Below the pieces are notes generated by a model. The model saw only the letters and a program-made list of their open reading frames with translations. It ran no database searches and was not told where the DNA came from. A stretch of DNA of 64,000 nucleotides, taken from positions 78,432,001 through 78,496,000 of the forward strand of contig NC_045696.1 of the NCBI RefSeq assembly GCF_009834535.1, in the 5' to 3' direction. This document shows, one piece after another, positions 63,111 to 64,000 of the stretch. How positions within the stretch are numbered: the first letter of the stretch is position 1; each line of letters starts with the position of its first letter. Origin of the DNA: Camelus ferus (lineage: Eukaryota). A program made the position numbers and the translations under genes.

Positions 63111-64000
63111 ACTGCATTTCACTGCATAGGATAAGAACAGTGTTACTGGATTTGGTCTGAGCCTACTTCTAAAATTCTATTGGCAGATCTATTTACTGAT
63201 GATAAAAATGTACTATAATTGAAAACTAATTTTTAATGAACCTCTAAGCCATCAAAATGTGTAATACACACAATTCCTGCTTCACCTTGTACATTCCTCT
63301 TTCCCAAGAGCTAACAAAAAACTTTAAGGAAGACACATAAGCATCTTTAACAATTAATAAGACAACACACCACACTCAAATCAATCTGGATGGGAAATGA
63401 GAATTTCATCTCTCAAAAAGCATGGGAAGAATTTGAACAGGCAAATAAATTTGCATCTGGACATTTCATGTAAATAATGAAAAGGATACATGATCTTTTT
63501 TTCCCTACCTAAAAACAAATACATTTAAAACATCTGAATCATTCCAGATAAACTGGCTGAATGCAAACTGACAACACAGCATTGAGCACAGCCATTATAA
63601 AATAATGTAAGTACTAGACTAATCCCAGCTGCCAAACACACAAATAATTTTGGTAGAATAAATGCAAAACAGATTTTCTAGTTAATTTTAAATTTCTTGA
63701 GAAACAAATCTTATGTTTTCTACCATCCAAAGAAAAGCATATGTGGCTGAAACTACTTCCATTATGACTAGATAGAATGTTTGATGGCATAATTATTTGC
63801 ACACACATATTTTTCTAAAACCTGTCATAAATTATAGACATTAGCATTTTTATAGATAAAGAACACAGACTGGATAATGCCCAGTAGGAAACAGCAATTA
63901 GTCTCATTGTAAAATGTTGTTTAAATTTCTTTTTTAAACTAAGGGATGCAGTGGTATGGGAAAAAAGTGTCTGATTTTTCATGATTCAAATGAAAATAAA

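Noticed and set aside
1..64000. tRNA, rRNA, CRISPR or prokaryote-type systems
   Set aside because: None seen; the sequence is mammalian intronic/intergenic DNA.

Overview
AT-rich mammalian genomic DNA. It is probably camelid: it has camelid-type short L1 3' tails and no Bov/PRE/CHR SINEs that I could recognise. It is densely filled with eutherian repeats (L1, L2, MIR, L3, MaLR/ERVL/ERV1 LTRs, hAT DNA transposons) and has no intact protein-coding gene. The main signal is on the minus strand from about 37.43 kb to beyond position 1: about 25 decayed exons, most with recognisable AG/GT splice sites and several with matching phases. Manual translation gives a highly divergent pecanex-family (PCNX) membrane protein. 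It has a PCNX4-like N-terminal transmembrane region followed by two tandem copies of the Pecanex C-terminal module. The frames carry many stops and frameshifts, so this looks like an intron-containing (non-processed) pseudogene of a pecanex paralog that I cannot match to PCNX1-4. PCNX comparisons use human sequences recalled from memory and aligned by eye, so they need profile-search confirmation. The 38-64 kb part is non-coding, with repeats and a few repeat-poor candidate regulatory segments.
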